A stretch of DNA of 64,000 nucleotides, taken from a virus (lineage: Duplodnaviria > Caudoviricetes). Numbering within the stretch: position 1 is the first letter of the stretch; each line of letters begins with the position of its first letter. A model generated the notes under the pieces. That model had not been told where the DNA came from and searched no databases. It saw nothing but the letters and a program-made list of their open reading frames with translations. The translations under genes and the position numbers were made by a program. The stretch is from IMG/VR virus record IMGVR_UViG_3300022601_000013. The stretch is one strand, 5' to 3'. This document shows, piece by piece, positions 10,338 to 20,065 of this stretch.

Positions 10338-10760
10338 ATGGCTACTCCGTATAGTAAAATTTATGAAAGATTTTTAAATCGTATTACTGATTTTAATTTT
10401 GCGAATATAGATGAACAATCGTTAAAACAAATGTTTAAAAGTTGGTTGCACAGTGCGGCTGTAAATACCCGCACTTCAGCCGACTTGTCAATGTATGACG
10501 ATGAAAATGAAGTTTTCAATGTAGACTTATCTGATTTGGACATTGAACTTCTTTCTATGGGGATGACATTGGCTTGGCTTGACCAGTCACTCAATTCTAC
10601 TGAATTAACTTTAATGATGATTGGTGGAAAAGAGGAAAAGTGTTATAGTCAGGCTGGACATATAGCCGAACTTCGTAAGCTTCGTGATGACATTAAGCTT
10701 GAAATGAAACGTCTTCATAGTTATCATACATATACAAACAATTCTTATTTTAATAGCTAA
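10338..10760 (+). CDS. putative head-tail adaptor
   Basis: MATPYSKIYERFL start; size and position. Confidence 0.55.
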   Translation: MATPYSKIYERFLNRITDFNFANIDEQSLKQMFKSWLHSAAVNTRTSADLSMYDDENEVFNVDLSDLDIELLSMGMTLAWLDQSLNSTELTLMMIGGKEEKCYSQAGHIAELRKLRDDIKLEMKRLHSYHTYTNNSYFNS

Positions 10761-10773
10761 GGTGGTGTTTTAT

Positions 10774-11079
10774 ATGGTAATGTATAATAAAATTTCGCCA
10801 AAGCAAATAAATGATGAGAAAAAATATTTAACATCATCTATATTTAAATTGCTGCCATATAAGCAAGAGGGTTATGAATTTTTAGATAATTATTTTGAGT
10901 CTGTTCTTCAAAAGTTAATTGGGTTTAATGAAATTGTTGGTTGTCAAACCGAAATCATTACTGTTATTGCGTTAGTTCAATACGCACGTAAAGAAAACGA
11001 TTTTGCAAAATATCGCAAAGCCATTTTAGATGCTTGTTCAACAATGCAACTAATAAAGGTTGGTGGTTATAATGTTTGA
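10774..11079 (+). CDS. hypothetical protein (neck region)
   Basis: AAGGTGG RBS; overlaps next gene. Confidence 0.55.
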   Translation: MVMYNKISPKQINDEKKYLTSSIFKLLPYKQEGYEFLDNYFESVLQKLIGFNEIVGCQTEIITVIALVQYARKENDFAKYRKAILDACSTMQLIKVGGYNV

Positions 11080-12163
11080 CATTTATAACGCTCGGTTAAA
11101 AGCTCTTGGTGGATATGAAGGCAACGCAAAAAGAATTAACTCTCAAAAAATAATGGACGCATCTTGGAAAAGAGATACTGCCACACTTCCTGTTTATGCA
11201 AAATGGGTAGATAGTGGACTGCCTACAATTAATGATAATGATAAACCATTGTATGCAAAATATAATGTTAAAACGTATCATAATATAACAGGTGATGCTG
11301 TAGCATATTTGTTGCAGTTTAGATTAGAAGATATGAAGGAAAACCCAAATATCAAAGTTGGTTGTTATGTTAAAATCCCCAATGAAATTGGAGATTATGA
11401 ATGGTGGTTAATTGTTTATTATGATGATAGACCACAATTTAGACAGTTTTTTATTTTAAAATGTACTTGGGTTTATAAATGGGTAGCTACATCAAATGGT
11501 GTGCGTAGGGTTTATGAATGTCTTGGAGCACCAAGAAAACAAAACTCTTACAATAGTGGTGTTTGGTTGGATTATACAACACAAACTGTAGAAAACCAAG
11601 ATGTTGTGTGGCTTCCTACAAACTCTGATACTAAAACAATTTATTACGATTGTAAATTTTTAAAGTCAGAAACTGGTCGTGTGCCACCATTGGCATATAA
11701 GATTTCAAAAATCGAGGATACCGCTGTGCTTGGTATTACTAAGTTTACTATGACTCAAGAACAATTTGACCCATCTCGTGACAATGTTGATTTAATGATT
11801 GGTAATTATTATGATGGTTCAATTGAGCCTGAGCTTCCAACAACCGAGGAAAACCCAGTTCACAGCAATTTTGAGTTTGTCTATACTGGAGATCCAGCAG
11901 TTCGTGCTGGTGGTGGTTTTAAAAAATTTACAGTTAAACAAAATATTGACAATGAACTTGTTGATATATCTGGTATTAGCGAAAACGATTGGAGTATCGA
12001 ATTCCCAGATGGAGACAAATCAAAACTCGAATATGTTATTGAAAATAATATTATTCGTGTAAAATGCTTGGGCGAATATTCTTTAATTGGTAAAATATTT
12101 ACAATTACTGTTAAAATAGGTGATAATTCAAAATCGTTAAATGTGGAGGTGGCAAGTTTATAA
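11072..12163 (+). CDS. putative head closure/neck protein with C-terminal Ig-like domain
   Basis: Position in neck cluster; beta-rich C-terminus. Confidence 0.5.
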   Translation: MFDIYNARLKALGGYEGNAKRINSQKIMDASWKRDTATLPVYAKWVDSGLPTINDNDKPLYAKYNVKTYHNITGDAVAYLLQFRLEDMKENPNIKVGCYVKIPNEIGDYEWWLIVYYDDRPQFRQFFILKCTWVYKWVATSNGVRRVYECLGAPRKQNSYNSGVWLDYTTQTVENQDVVWLPTNSDTKTIYYDCKFLKSETGRVPPLAYKISKIEDTAVLGITKFTMTQEQFDPSRDNVDLMIGNYYDGSIEPELPTTEENPVHSNFEFVYTGDPAVRAGGGFKKFTVKQNIDNELVDISGISENDWSIEFPDGDKSKLEYVIENNIIRVKCLGEYSLIGKIFTITVKIGDNSKSLNVEVASL

Positions 12164-12687
12164 TGATTAGAGATATGCAAAACGTCAATGACGATGTTGT
12201 TCCAATGAAAAGAAAAATTAAACAAAAATTAATTGACGATAAAGATATTTTAGAAGCTCTGAATAACAAAACGCTTGACATCGACAGTGGTGATGATTTT
12301 TTGGATGTAAACATTTTTGGTTATATAAGAATACCAACAACTCAAGATGTGACTCGCAATTTTATTTGTTTTACAGTAGACGACATTCAAGGTCGTGATA
12401 GTGACTTTAGAAAAAATAGAGTAATGAAAAGACAAATAATTCAGTTTCATGTAATATGTCATCTTGATGATATGAAGACTGAGTATGGAATAGATAGGCA
12501 TGACCTATTAGGAATGCTTGTTAGAGATAGGTTTAACTGGACTAATATGTTTGGTTTGCAGTTTAGACTTGTTGACAATAAAGAAGGCCCAATAGATTCA
12601 GACTATTATGGCAGAACGCTTATTTTTGAGGGTAAAAAACCTAACTCTTTAAATAATGCAAGGACGGACAATTTGTATGATGAGTGA
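12163..12687 (+). CDS. putative tail terminator/completion protein
   Basis: TAATG coupling; size and position. Confidence 0.45.
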   Translation: MIRDMQNVNDDVVPMKRKIKQKLIDDKDILEALNNKTLDIDSGDDFLDVNIFGYIRIPTTQDVTRNFICFTVDDIQGRDSDFRKNRVMKRQIIQFHVICHLDDMKTEYGIDRHDLLGMLVRDRFNWTNMFGLQFRLVDNKEGPIDSDYYGRTLIFEGKKPNSLNNARTDNLYDE

Positions 12688-13423
12688 TAAGATGTTTGAT
12701 GTTGATGAGCTCCAATTGTATTTTGGAGACAAATATGTTATCAATGAACACATCTATATTACACAGCCAATAATTAATGATATAGTGTTGTACGGAGAAA
12801 GAGAATATTTTAGTATGGTTCATACATTGACTGCAATTCCAAGTGATGTAAAATCAATGCTATTTGACCAACTTGGACTGGATTGGAATGAGGTAGATGA
12901 TTTTCAGCTGTTTATGATAATGGTTCAAACATTATCTCAAGATAAAACTTCAATCTTGTTTGGCTCATTAGATTTGTCAAAACTAAAACCACATACAAAT
13001 AAACAAAATGGTGATATTGTTTTGGCAGATATTGAATCTGGAATTGTTGTTGACAAAATGATATATATGCGAATTGTTTCATATCTTCGTAAACTTCATA
13101 ATATTAAACCTAAAATTGAACGTGCTGCGAATAAGATGACAAAAAAGATATTGCTTGATGAAGATAGGGAAAGAATTAGGCTATCGAAAGATAAACCTTT
13201 TCAATCTTATTTATTACCTATGATATCGTCTATAAAAGTAAAACAAGGATATACAAAAGATTATGTGAGAAATATGGGGCTTAATGAATTTTTCACGGAA
13301 GTGTCAAGACTGCAAATAATTGACCAAGCCGATCATTTATTGAACGGTATGTATTGTGGTATGGCAGACCTAAGCAAGATACCACGCAAAAACTTTGATT
13401 GGATGAGACCAATAGAAAATTAA
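12677..13423 (+). CDS. hypothetical tail-region protein
   Basis: Overlaps upstream gene; lies before the major tail gene. Confidence 0.55.
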   Translation: MMSDKMFDVDELQLYFGDKYVINEHIYITQPIINDIVLYGEREYFSMVHTLTAIPSDVKSMLFDQLGLDWNEVDDFQLFMIMVQTLSQDKTSILFGSLDLSKLKPHTNKQNGDIVLADIESGIVVDKMIYMRIVSYLRKLHNIKPKIERAANKMTKKILLDEDRERIRLSKDKPFQSYLLPMISSIKVKQGYTKDYVRNMGLNEFFTEVSRLQIIDQADHLLNGMYCGMADLSKIPRKNFDWMRPIEN

Positions 13424-13494
13424 TAAATTGTTTAAAACTTCGATAGCAGTCGGAGTTTATATATTAAAAAATTATATTTTAGGAGGAAAAAATT

Positions 13495-14277
13495 ATGGCT
13501 TTTGATATTAATAACTTTGTAATTGATAGAGTAGTAAGAGGTGTTGCTCTTTCACAGAAAGATAGTAGCGTACTCTTCTCTATTAACCAGATTCAGAACC
13601 CTTCACTTAACTGTGCATCTGAATCAGCTGACGCTGTAGACGCTCTTGGTACACCAATTGCTACATTCTATCGTGCTAAGTCAGCAGAGTTTTCAGCAGA
13701 AAACGCACTTTTTGATATGAACCTTATGGCAACACAGCTTGGTACAACTAAGAAGGTTGCTTCTAATGTTTCTAAGGTTTTAACTCCTGCAATGGAAACA
13801 TTTACAGCAGGTACTGAGCCTTATACACTTAAACACACACCTAAGACTGCACCTACAGAGATTTATGCTCTTAATGGTGATAGTACATTTGGCACAAAGT
13901 ATGTTAAGGGTACTGGTGCATCTGCAACAGCTTTCGCATACTCAGAGGGTAAGATTACACTTCCTACTGATGTTGCAGCTGGTACTGAAATGTTCGTTAT
14001 GTACGAATACGAAACAGAAACTGCAGTAGAGATTGTTAACAGTGCAACACAGTTCCCTGTTGGTTGTAAGTTCGTTATGGAAATTCTTGGTTGTGACGTT
14101 TGTGACCAGACAAACTTAATTTTCGCATACCTTATCTTCCCTAACTTTAAGCTTTCACCTGACTTCGACTGGACTATTGCTACAGACTCTACTCACCCAT
14201 TCTCTGGTAAGGCACAGCAGGCATACTGTGATAAAGAGAAAAAGTTATTTTCCATAATTATACCAGGGGATGAGTAA
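13495..14277 (+). CDS. major tail tube protein
   Basis: 260 aa; strong AGGAGG RBS; highly biased codons; Thr/Ala-rich beta protein. Confidence 0.75.
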   Translation: MAFDINNFVIDRVVRGVALSQKDSSVLFSINQIQNPSLNCASESADAVDALGTPIATFYRAKSAEFSAENALFDMNLMATQLGTTKKVASNVSKVLTPAMETFTAGTEPYTLKHTPKTAPTEIYALNGDSTFGTKYVKGTGASATAFAYSEGKITLPTDVAAGTEMFVMYEYETETAVEIVNSATQFPVGCKFVMEILGCDVCDQTNLIFAYLIFPNFKLSPDFDWTIATDSTHPFSGKAQQAYCDKEKKLFSIIIPGDE

Positions 14278-14315
14278 TAATTTTTGTATATTATGACGAA
14301 TTTTGTAAATCACTA

Positions 14316-14344
14316 TTGACAGTACAAAATTAATATGTTATAAT
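14316..14344 (+). promoter_or_regulatory. sigma-A promoter for the HNH gene, overlapped by a 16-bp repeat copy
   Basis: TTGACA-N17-TATAAT perfect consensus with extended TG. Confidence 0.85.
14319..14334 (+). repeat. 16-bp dispersed repeat copy (ACAGTACAAAATTAAT)
   Basis: 15/16 match; overlaps the -35 box. Confidence 0.7.
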
Positions 14345-14349
14345 AATAA

Positions 14350-14451
14350 TATAAGATAGACAAAGAAGTCATGAACTTTGTTGATAAGGATAGGGCCTCC
14401 ACCCTATCCTTCTTATAGTATTTAAAATGGAGAAAACGTTATGGAGGTAAC
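14350..14451 (+). promoter_or_regulatory. structured 5' leader (three-way junction with anti-SD loop)
   Basis: TATAAGA/TCTTATA; ACAAAG/CTTTGT; AAGGATAGGG-CCTCCA-CCCTATCCTT, loop complementary to TGGAGG at 14442. Confidence 0.6.
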
Positions 14452-14456
14452 ATTAT

Positions 14457-15536
14457 ATGAAACATGAAAATCAATTTTCTGTAACAAAATCGTTTTATGA
14501 TTGGTGTGTTGAAAATAATAGAATGGATTTAAATGATAGATTTGATGAAGAAAAAAACAACTGTAGTACAAAAGAAGTTGGCTATAAAAGCAATTTAAAA
14601 TGGTGGTTTAAATGTCCAAGAGGATTACATAGTAGTGAACAATATTTTATGTATTTTGTAACTAACGATCCATGTAGAAATCTTGTGTGTAGAAAATGTA
14701 ATAGTGTAGCACAAACTGTTATAGACAAATTTGGTGAACGTTATTTTAATACACATTGGCACAAGGACAACACTTTAGATCCGTGGAAAATTTCTTTTGG
14801 TAGTATAAAACATTTAGTAAAAATTCAATGTTCTAATAAAGATTACCATGTGTATGAACAAGTGGTTTCTTCTTTTTCAAAAGGAGTTGGATGTCCTTAT
14901 TGTATTAATAGAAAAGTACATCCAAATGATAGTTTAGCAGCAATATATCCTGATATTGTAAATAGATGGTCTAACAAAAATAACAAAACCCCGTATGAAT
15001 ATTCTCCACATTCTGAGAAAAAAGTATGGTTCAAATGTCCATCTGGACAGCACGATGATTATTTACAAAAGGTTGCTAATGCGGCTAATTATGATTTTAG
15101 ATGTCCTAAGTGCTCATTAGAAGAAACAAGTAGTCGTATGCGTAATAACGGTTGTCATTTTTGGAAAGGTGGCATAAATGAAGTTAATGACACTCTTCGT
15201 CATCGTAAAGAGTACAAAGAATGGCGTAAATTGGTTTACGAGAGAGATGATTATACTTGCCAGTGTTGTGGATCTCGTGGGAAAAAACTTAACGCTCATC
15301 ATATAAATCAATTTGCTGACTATCCAGAGCTTAGATATGACGTTGATAATGGAATTACATTATGTACAAAATGCCACGATTTTACTGAATATGGCTCGTT
15401 TCATAATGTATATGGAACTCATAATACAACCTCTGAACAGCTTAAAGAATATATACTTTGTAAATCTAACAAAAACATATTTGAAATAAATCCTAAGTTG
15501 TTATATAATTTCAACAATACAAAATTAATTATATAA
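14457..15536 (+). CDS. free-standing HNH endonuclease with repeated Zn-ribbon domains
   Basis: Repeats WWFKCPRGLH / VWFKCPSGQH...CPKC; C-terminal RDDYTCQCC...AHH...NGITLCTKCH HNH motif. Confidence 0.88.
   Translation: MKHENQFSVTKSFYDWCVENNRMDLNDRFDEEKNNCSTKEVGYKSNLKWWFKCPRGLHSSEQYFMYFVTNDPCRNLVCRKCNSVAQTVIDKFGERYFNTHWHKDNTLDPWKISFGSIKHLVKIQCSNKDYHVYEQVVSSFSKGVGCPYCINRKVHPNDSLAAIYPDIVNRWSNKNNKTPYEYSPHSEKKVWFKCPSGQHDDYLQKVANAANYDFRCPKCSLEETSSRMRNNGCHFWKGGINEVNDTLRHRKEYKEWRKLVYERDDYTCQCCGSRGKKLNAHHINQFADYPELRYDVDNGITLCTKCHDFTEYGSFHNVYGTHNTTSEQLKEYILCKSNKNIFEINPKLLYNFNNTKLII
15514..15529 (+). repeat. 16-bp dispersed repeat copy (ACAATACAAAATTAAT)
   Basis: Exact consensus. Confidence 0.75.
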
Positions 15537-15548
15537 GGAGTGAACCTT

Positions 15549-15869
15549 ATGGCAAGGAAAAATAAAAAATGTGCGTGTTGCAATGAGCAGTACGAATATT
15601 GCCCTACTTGTGGTAACGGCAAATTACTTCCTGCTTGGATGACAGAGTTTTGTAGTGAGTCTTGTAAGGATTTATGGGAAACAGCTACTAAGTTTAATTT
15701 AAATATGATTACAAAAGAAGTTGCTCAGGCAAAACTTAATACACTTAACTTGAAGCCTGTAGAAACATATACAGAAATGCTTCAGAAAGATATTAATAAT
15801 ATTACAGCAAAGCCTGTAGATAATAAGCATGAAGTAGTTAGAGCAGAAAAATTTAATAAGGCACAGTAA
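15549..15869 (+). CDS. Cys-rich Zn-binding hypothetical protein
   Basis: CACC..YCPTC..FCSESC. Confidence 0.65.
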   Translation: MARKNKKCACCNEQYEYCPTCGNGKLLPAWMTEFCSESCKDLWETATKFNLNMITKEVAQAKLNTLNLKPVETYTEMLQKDINNITAKPVDNKHEVVRAEKFNKAQ

Positions 15870-15911
15870 CCTTCATGTAAAAAAATAAGGTTGTTGTGCC
15901 TTATTTTTTTT
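15855..15911 (+). terminator. long-stem intrinsic terminator
   Basis: AATAAGGCACA...TGTGCCTTATT followed by a T run. Confidence 0.7.
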
Positions 15912-15937
15912 AATTAAAAAAAAGGAGAAAAAACAAT

Positions 15938-16168
15938 ATGATAAAATTTTCTAAGCTGCTCAATACTTATTATGATTCTGATAAAGTTGTATATCTTACC
16001 AATATGTGTCAAGTGTATAAATATCTCAATACATCAGAAGATGTTGCGTCAGACCTTGTTGACATTTTATATAGCGGTACACGGAAAGATTGTTTAGTAT
16101 TTGTTTTTAATAAGTCGCAAACAATACAAGAACTTTATCAAAAATGGAAAGAGCATAAATTAGATTGA
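15938..16168 (+). CDS. hypothetical protein
   Basis: AAGGAG RBS; LVFVF...YQKW motif common in phage small proteins. Confidence 0.6.
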   Translation: MIKFSKLLNTYYDSDKVVYLTNMCQVYKYLNTSEDVASDLVDILYSGTRKDCLVFVFNKSQTIQELYQKWKEHKLD

Positions 16169-16202
16169 TAATATATGTATAAAATAAAAAGAAGGTGAAA
16201 TT

Positions 16203-16817
16203 ATGTCACAATGTATAGAAGCACAAGGACTTGAGTGCTCAGGTGGTAATTTGTATAAGTTTATTCCACCTATGGCGACTGAGGAAAAACTTGGTGGCAT
16301 TATTGCAAATGAAAGAAATGAAGAAAATAAAGAAGTTTTTATAGATAAAGAAACTGGCAAGTTATATGTAGATGGAACTGTTGATGAAGATGTAAATAAT
16401 TCCAGAGAAAGTGTTTTTACTGATAGATACCCATCATTATCTGAAAGACTTAATGCGGACTTTGATTATTTGTACAACCGTACAAAAACTCCAAGGGAAA
16501 CTATAAAGCTTGAAGGTAACGATATAGAGTTGCAGTTTGATAATATGAAGCCAACCAGCACAGAATACTGTTTTACTGACGGAACAGTTAAATCTATTGC
16601 TTTTGGAAATGTGGCAGACACTTTTGCGTCAGAACCTGAATACTGGGCGTTGTTCGTTTTCCCAAAATCAGAACTTGTGTCTGAAGTTAAAGATATAGTT
16701 TTAAATGAGGATATTAAGCTATTAAATCGTGATTTGGATATATCTGAGTATTCAGTTATTCATTTATTATTTACAAACGATGGTTTAAATATCTGCTGTC
16801 TTGTTACGGGGTATTAA
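16203..16817 (+). CDS. putative tail fibre-associated protein
   Basis: PMATEEKLGGI tail-fibre-type repeat motif. Confidence 0.45.
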   Translation: MSQCIEAQGLECSGGNLYKFIPPMATEEKLGGIIANERNEENKEVFIDKETGKLYVDGTVDEDVNNSRESVFTDRYPSLSERLNADFDYLYNRTKTPRETIKLEGNDIELQFDNMKPTSTEYCFTDGTVKSIAFGNVADTFASEPEYWALFVFPKSELVSEVKDIVLNEDIKLLNRDLDISEYSVIHLLFTNDGLNICCLVTGY

Positions 16818-16819
16818 TT

Positions 16820-17065
16820 ATGGATATTAGAGAAAAACAAATTCTTAAATATTATATGGCAAGTAATAATGCAATACCTTTTGAGTTCATTTTTGACGGA
16901 GAAGATAGTTTAAATTTAATTTTAAATTACGGAACAGAAAAAAAGGTTATTGTTCCTAAAAAACATGAGGGAGTGCCAGTCACAGAAATTAGCCCAACTT
17001 GTTTTATGGCTAATGATGACATTGAAAGAGTTGTGATTCAAAATGGCATTACAGCAATTTACTAA
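16820..17065 (+). CDS. BspA-type leucine-rich-repeat N-terminal fragment protein
   Basis: VIVPKKHEGVPVTEISPTCF...VVIQNGITAI matches LRR_5 N-cap and first repeat. Confidence 0.6.
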   Translation: MDIREKQILKYYMASNNAIPFEFIFDGEDSLNLILNYGTEKKVIVPKKHEGVPVTEISPTCFMANDDIERVVIQNGITAIY

Positions 17066-17080
17066 AGAGGTGATGAATAT

Positions 17081-18025
17081 ATGGCAAATGGTGTTTTAGT
17101 AGATGAAGCTACTTATTTTAATGATAATGAAACTTATACTGGAGATAGTGGTAGCGAAACTAATCGTTATGTTATAGAGGATGTTTACGATTTTGTGGCA
17201 ATTGGAACTACAACGACTTATAAACATTATCGACTTGTAAATGACATTGATATGAGGGATCATCCAGTCTACAAAAATGGTTTTGATAAAGCAAAAATGG
17301 TTCACGATGCATATGGTACTTTTGATGGTGACGGACACTTAATTAAGAATATTGTATTAAATAATTATACTGGTTCAAATATTTCCAATGTTGCATTTAT
17401 GTATTTTGGGGATATTTGTAATGTTGATTTCATTAATCTTGTTATGATTAATTGTGATGCAAACTGTCCACTTATTTGTGCTTGGGGTGGTGGCGATGGC
17501 TTAGGAAGACTTAGAAATTGTAATTTTGGTATATATGTTGCAAATTGCAGCGGAAAATCATTTCCTTTTACAAGTTCACAAACAGAAGATTGTTGTTTTA
17601 ATATTAAAGGAAGAGTAACTGACTCGCTATATTTTTCTGTAAATATTAAAAGAACTCATTTAAATTTAGACATAATAGAGTCTCATAGTTATGCTTTAAA
17701 TGGAAGCAATACTATAACATTTACAAACTGTTATATTACTGGAAAGATTAAAAATAGTGGAACGATAGGTACTAATAACGGAATATTTGTACCAAAATTT
17801 TCAAACTCTTACATAGCTGTAGAGTATGAAGGGGATTCACATTATAGTGGTATAAAAATCACTGGTACTGGTTTTATTGATAAAGAACTTTGGTGTAAGA
17901 ATGGTTTTACAGGATTGAGTGAAAGCCCTGGTTCAGGTTATGTAACTCCAATCACAACTGCCCAAGCACAAGACGCAGACTATCTTAATTCAATAGGTTT
18001 CGCAGTAATACCAACCAACATATAA
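17081..18025 (+). CDS. beta-helix adhesin-like virion protein
   Basis: GSETNRYVI, LVNDID, FDGDGHLIKN motifs; paralogous to next ORF. Confidence 0.55.
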   Translation: MANGVLVDEATYFNDNETYTGDSGSETNRYVIEDVYDFVAIGTTTTYKHYRLVNDIDMRDHPVYKNGFDKAKMVHDAYGTFDGDGHLIKNIVLNNYTGSNISNVAFMYFGDICNVDFINLVMINCDANCPLICAWGGGDGLGRLRNCNFGIYVANCSGKSFPFTSSQTEDCCFNIKGRVTDSLYFSVNIKRTHLNLDIIESHSYALNGSNTITFTNCYITGKIKNSGTIGTNNGIFVPKFSNSYIAVEYEGDSHYSGIKITGTGFIDKELWCKNGFTGLSESPGSGYVTPITTAQAQDADYLNSIGFAVIPTNI

Positions 18026-18082
18026 ACAAACAAATATTTATTTAATTTTTAATATTATATAAAACAATTAAGGAGGCATATT

Positions 18083-18925
18083 ATGACAGGAACAGGAACA
18101 CAAACAGATCCGTATATTGTATCTGAATATTCAGAGTTTATGTCGGCTATTGTTATGTCTGGTGCTTATATTAAATGTGCAGATAACACAGTATGGGATA
18201 TGAACGAGATAGACCCTACTGGAGAAATTTATCATAATACTAACAGAACTGTTAATTTCAAACAAATAGATGGCAATGGGGCTATAATAAAAAACTTTTA
18301 TTCAATGTTTAATGGTAGAATATTTGAAATAAAAACCAGCGGTGCGGTAATCAAAAATTTAAAATTCCACAATCTTTCATTATTAAACGACACCGAATTA
18401 TTTTTTTCATATTGTGATACATATACGGTACAAAACTGTGAATTTACAGGGATTGTTTCTAATCGTTCTGATGTTTTAAGTATTTTGGGTACTAATGGCA
18501 GTTATTGTACATTGAATAGCAAGCAAAATCTTTTTGTATTAGATATATTTAATGAAGGGCATGTAATAACAACTGGTAACAGTTATACATACATAAAATA
18601 TACCGATTGTGCTTTTATAATAGGTGGCAATTATACAACACACGGCAATTCATATTATACTACTATAACTAATTGTTATTTTGAAGGCATTTTGCCAATG
18701 AAGGTGTTTAGATGTGATGGTAATTACAATGTAATTAATGCTAATATACAGCAAGGTTGTAATTTGTCAAGCATGACAGCATTAACTGTTGTAAACACCG
18801 ATAAATGTGATGATATTGATAGTTTACAAGTGTCAAGTAAAATTATAAAAGCAACATCAAAAGAAATGAAAGACCCAGTTTTTCTTCGCAATAATGGGTT
18901 TCCAGTGCCAATTCCAACAAATTGA
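18083..18925 (+). CDS. beta-helix adhesin-like virion protein (paralogue)
   Basis: GTGTQTDPYIV, IDGNGAIIKN; C-terminal LRNNGFPV resembles LNSIGFAV of the previous ORF. Confidence 0.55.
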   Translation: MTGTGTQTDPYIVSEYSEFMSAIVMSGAYIKCADNTVWDMNEIDPTGEIYHNTNRTVNFKQIDGNGAIIKNFYSMFNGRIFEIKTSGAVIKNLKFHNLSLLNDTELFFSYCDTYTVQNCEFTGIVSNRSDVLSILGTNGSYCTLNSKQNLFVLDIFNEGHVITTGNSYTYIKYTDCAFIIGGNYTTHGNSYYTTITNCYFEGILPMKVFRCDGNYNVINANIQQGCNLSSMTALTVVNTDKCDDIDSLQVSSKIIKATSKEMKDPVFLRNNGFPVPIPTN

Positions 18926-18936
18926 GGTGATGACTA

Positions 18937-19962
18937 ATGTTACTTAATTTAACATCTGATGATTTTGAACAAGGCCATATTCAAGATATATGGAATGGTG
19001 CGAATTCTTATGAGGGTGACGGTACAGCCATTTCATTTCACAAATCTCGTATAAGAATGAAAGAACAAGTAAGATATAATGGCGATGGTTCGTCGTTATC
19101 ATTTATAGTTAATACAACTAATGACCCGTCAAGTTTATATATTAAAATATCAATTTATAACGAAGACGGAAGTTGGTATAATAACCAGTCAGTGAAACAA
19201 ATGACAAAATCAGATACTAATGTATTTGAATATACATTTTCTTCAAGCTTGCTTACCAGCACAGTTAGATTTTTCCGTGTAACGTTAACAACTACCAATG
19301 CATTATCACCAAAAGAAAGCGATTATATTACACCAGATATAATTAACACATTTCAGGCCTCATCTCAAGAATATTGGAAGATTGGCAAGTATGGGCCAGA
19401 ACCTACAATGGTTAATATAACACGAGAATCAATGGTTGAACCTTACCCTTTGGCACTATGGAGATGTACACCAAGTGATTATCAAGACAAGACATATTAC
19501 AATGATGATATGCCATATCATATGCTTTTAAATACTAATAGGTATGTAATTAAACTTGGTGACTACTGGATGAACGGATCTTATCCATTTATTTATGGTT
19601 TAGAACTTATACCTGTATTTGAAGACCCAAAACCTTTAGGATTGTTTTCAATAGATGATGGTTATCCATATTATGAAGGACGCAAGCTAATCAATGTATT
19701 AGAAGAGCCTGAGCCACTTGGAATATTTAGAATTAACAATTCTTATCCTTTCTTTAGAGGAATGAATCCTGTTAATATAGGAGCTTTCAGCAATGCTACT
19801 AATTTAAAAAGAGCAACAATACCAGAAAGTGTTAAATATATTGGAAGGTACGCTTTTACAAATACAAAGCTCAAAGAAGTAAATCTTGCAAATGATTGTG
19901 AATATTATAGTACAAGTTTTCCATATAATTGCGTAGTTACTGGTGGAATTATAAAAGAATAA
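18937..19962 (+). CDS. virion protein with internal repeats and C-terminal BspA-type LRR
   Basis: GAFSNATNLKRATIPESVKYIGRYAF; ~24-aa PLGxFxIxxxYP repeats. Confidence 0.65.
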   Translation: MLLNLTSDDFEQGHIQDIWNGANSYEGDGTAISFHKSRIRMKEQVRYNGDGSSLSFIVNTTNDPSSLYIKISIYNEDGSWYNNQSVKQMTKSDTNVFEYTFSSSLLTSTVRFFRVTLTTTNALSPKESDYITPDIINTFQASSQEYWKIGKYGPEPTMVNITRESMVEPYPLALWRCTPSDYQDKTYYNDDMPYHMLLNTNRYVIKLGDYWMNGSYPFIYGLELIPVFEDPKPLGLFSIDDGYPYYEGRKLINVLEEPEPLGIFRINNSYPFFRGMNPVNIGAFSNATNLKRATIPESVKYIGRYAFTNTKLKEVNLANDCEYYSTSFPYNCVVTGGIIKE

Positions 19963-20065
19963 ATAAAAATAAAATAAAACATAGAAACAAAAAAATATCA
20001 CTTTAGAAACAGTTCAAACAGAATATGAGTTACAATATGAATTGATTAATAGGGAGATGAAAAAA

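Noticed and set aside
14350-14420. Hammerhead ribozyme in the HNH leader
   Set aside because: Three-way junction present, but the CUGANGA and GAAA core is not matched
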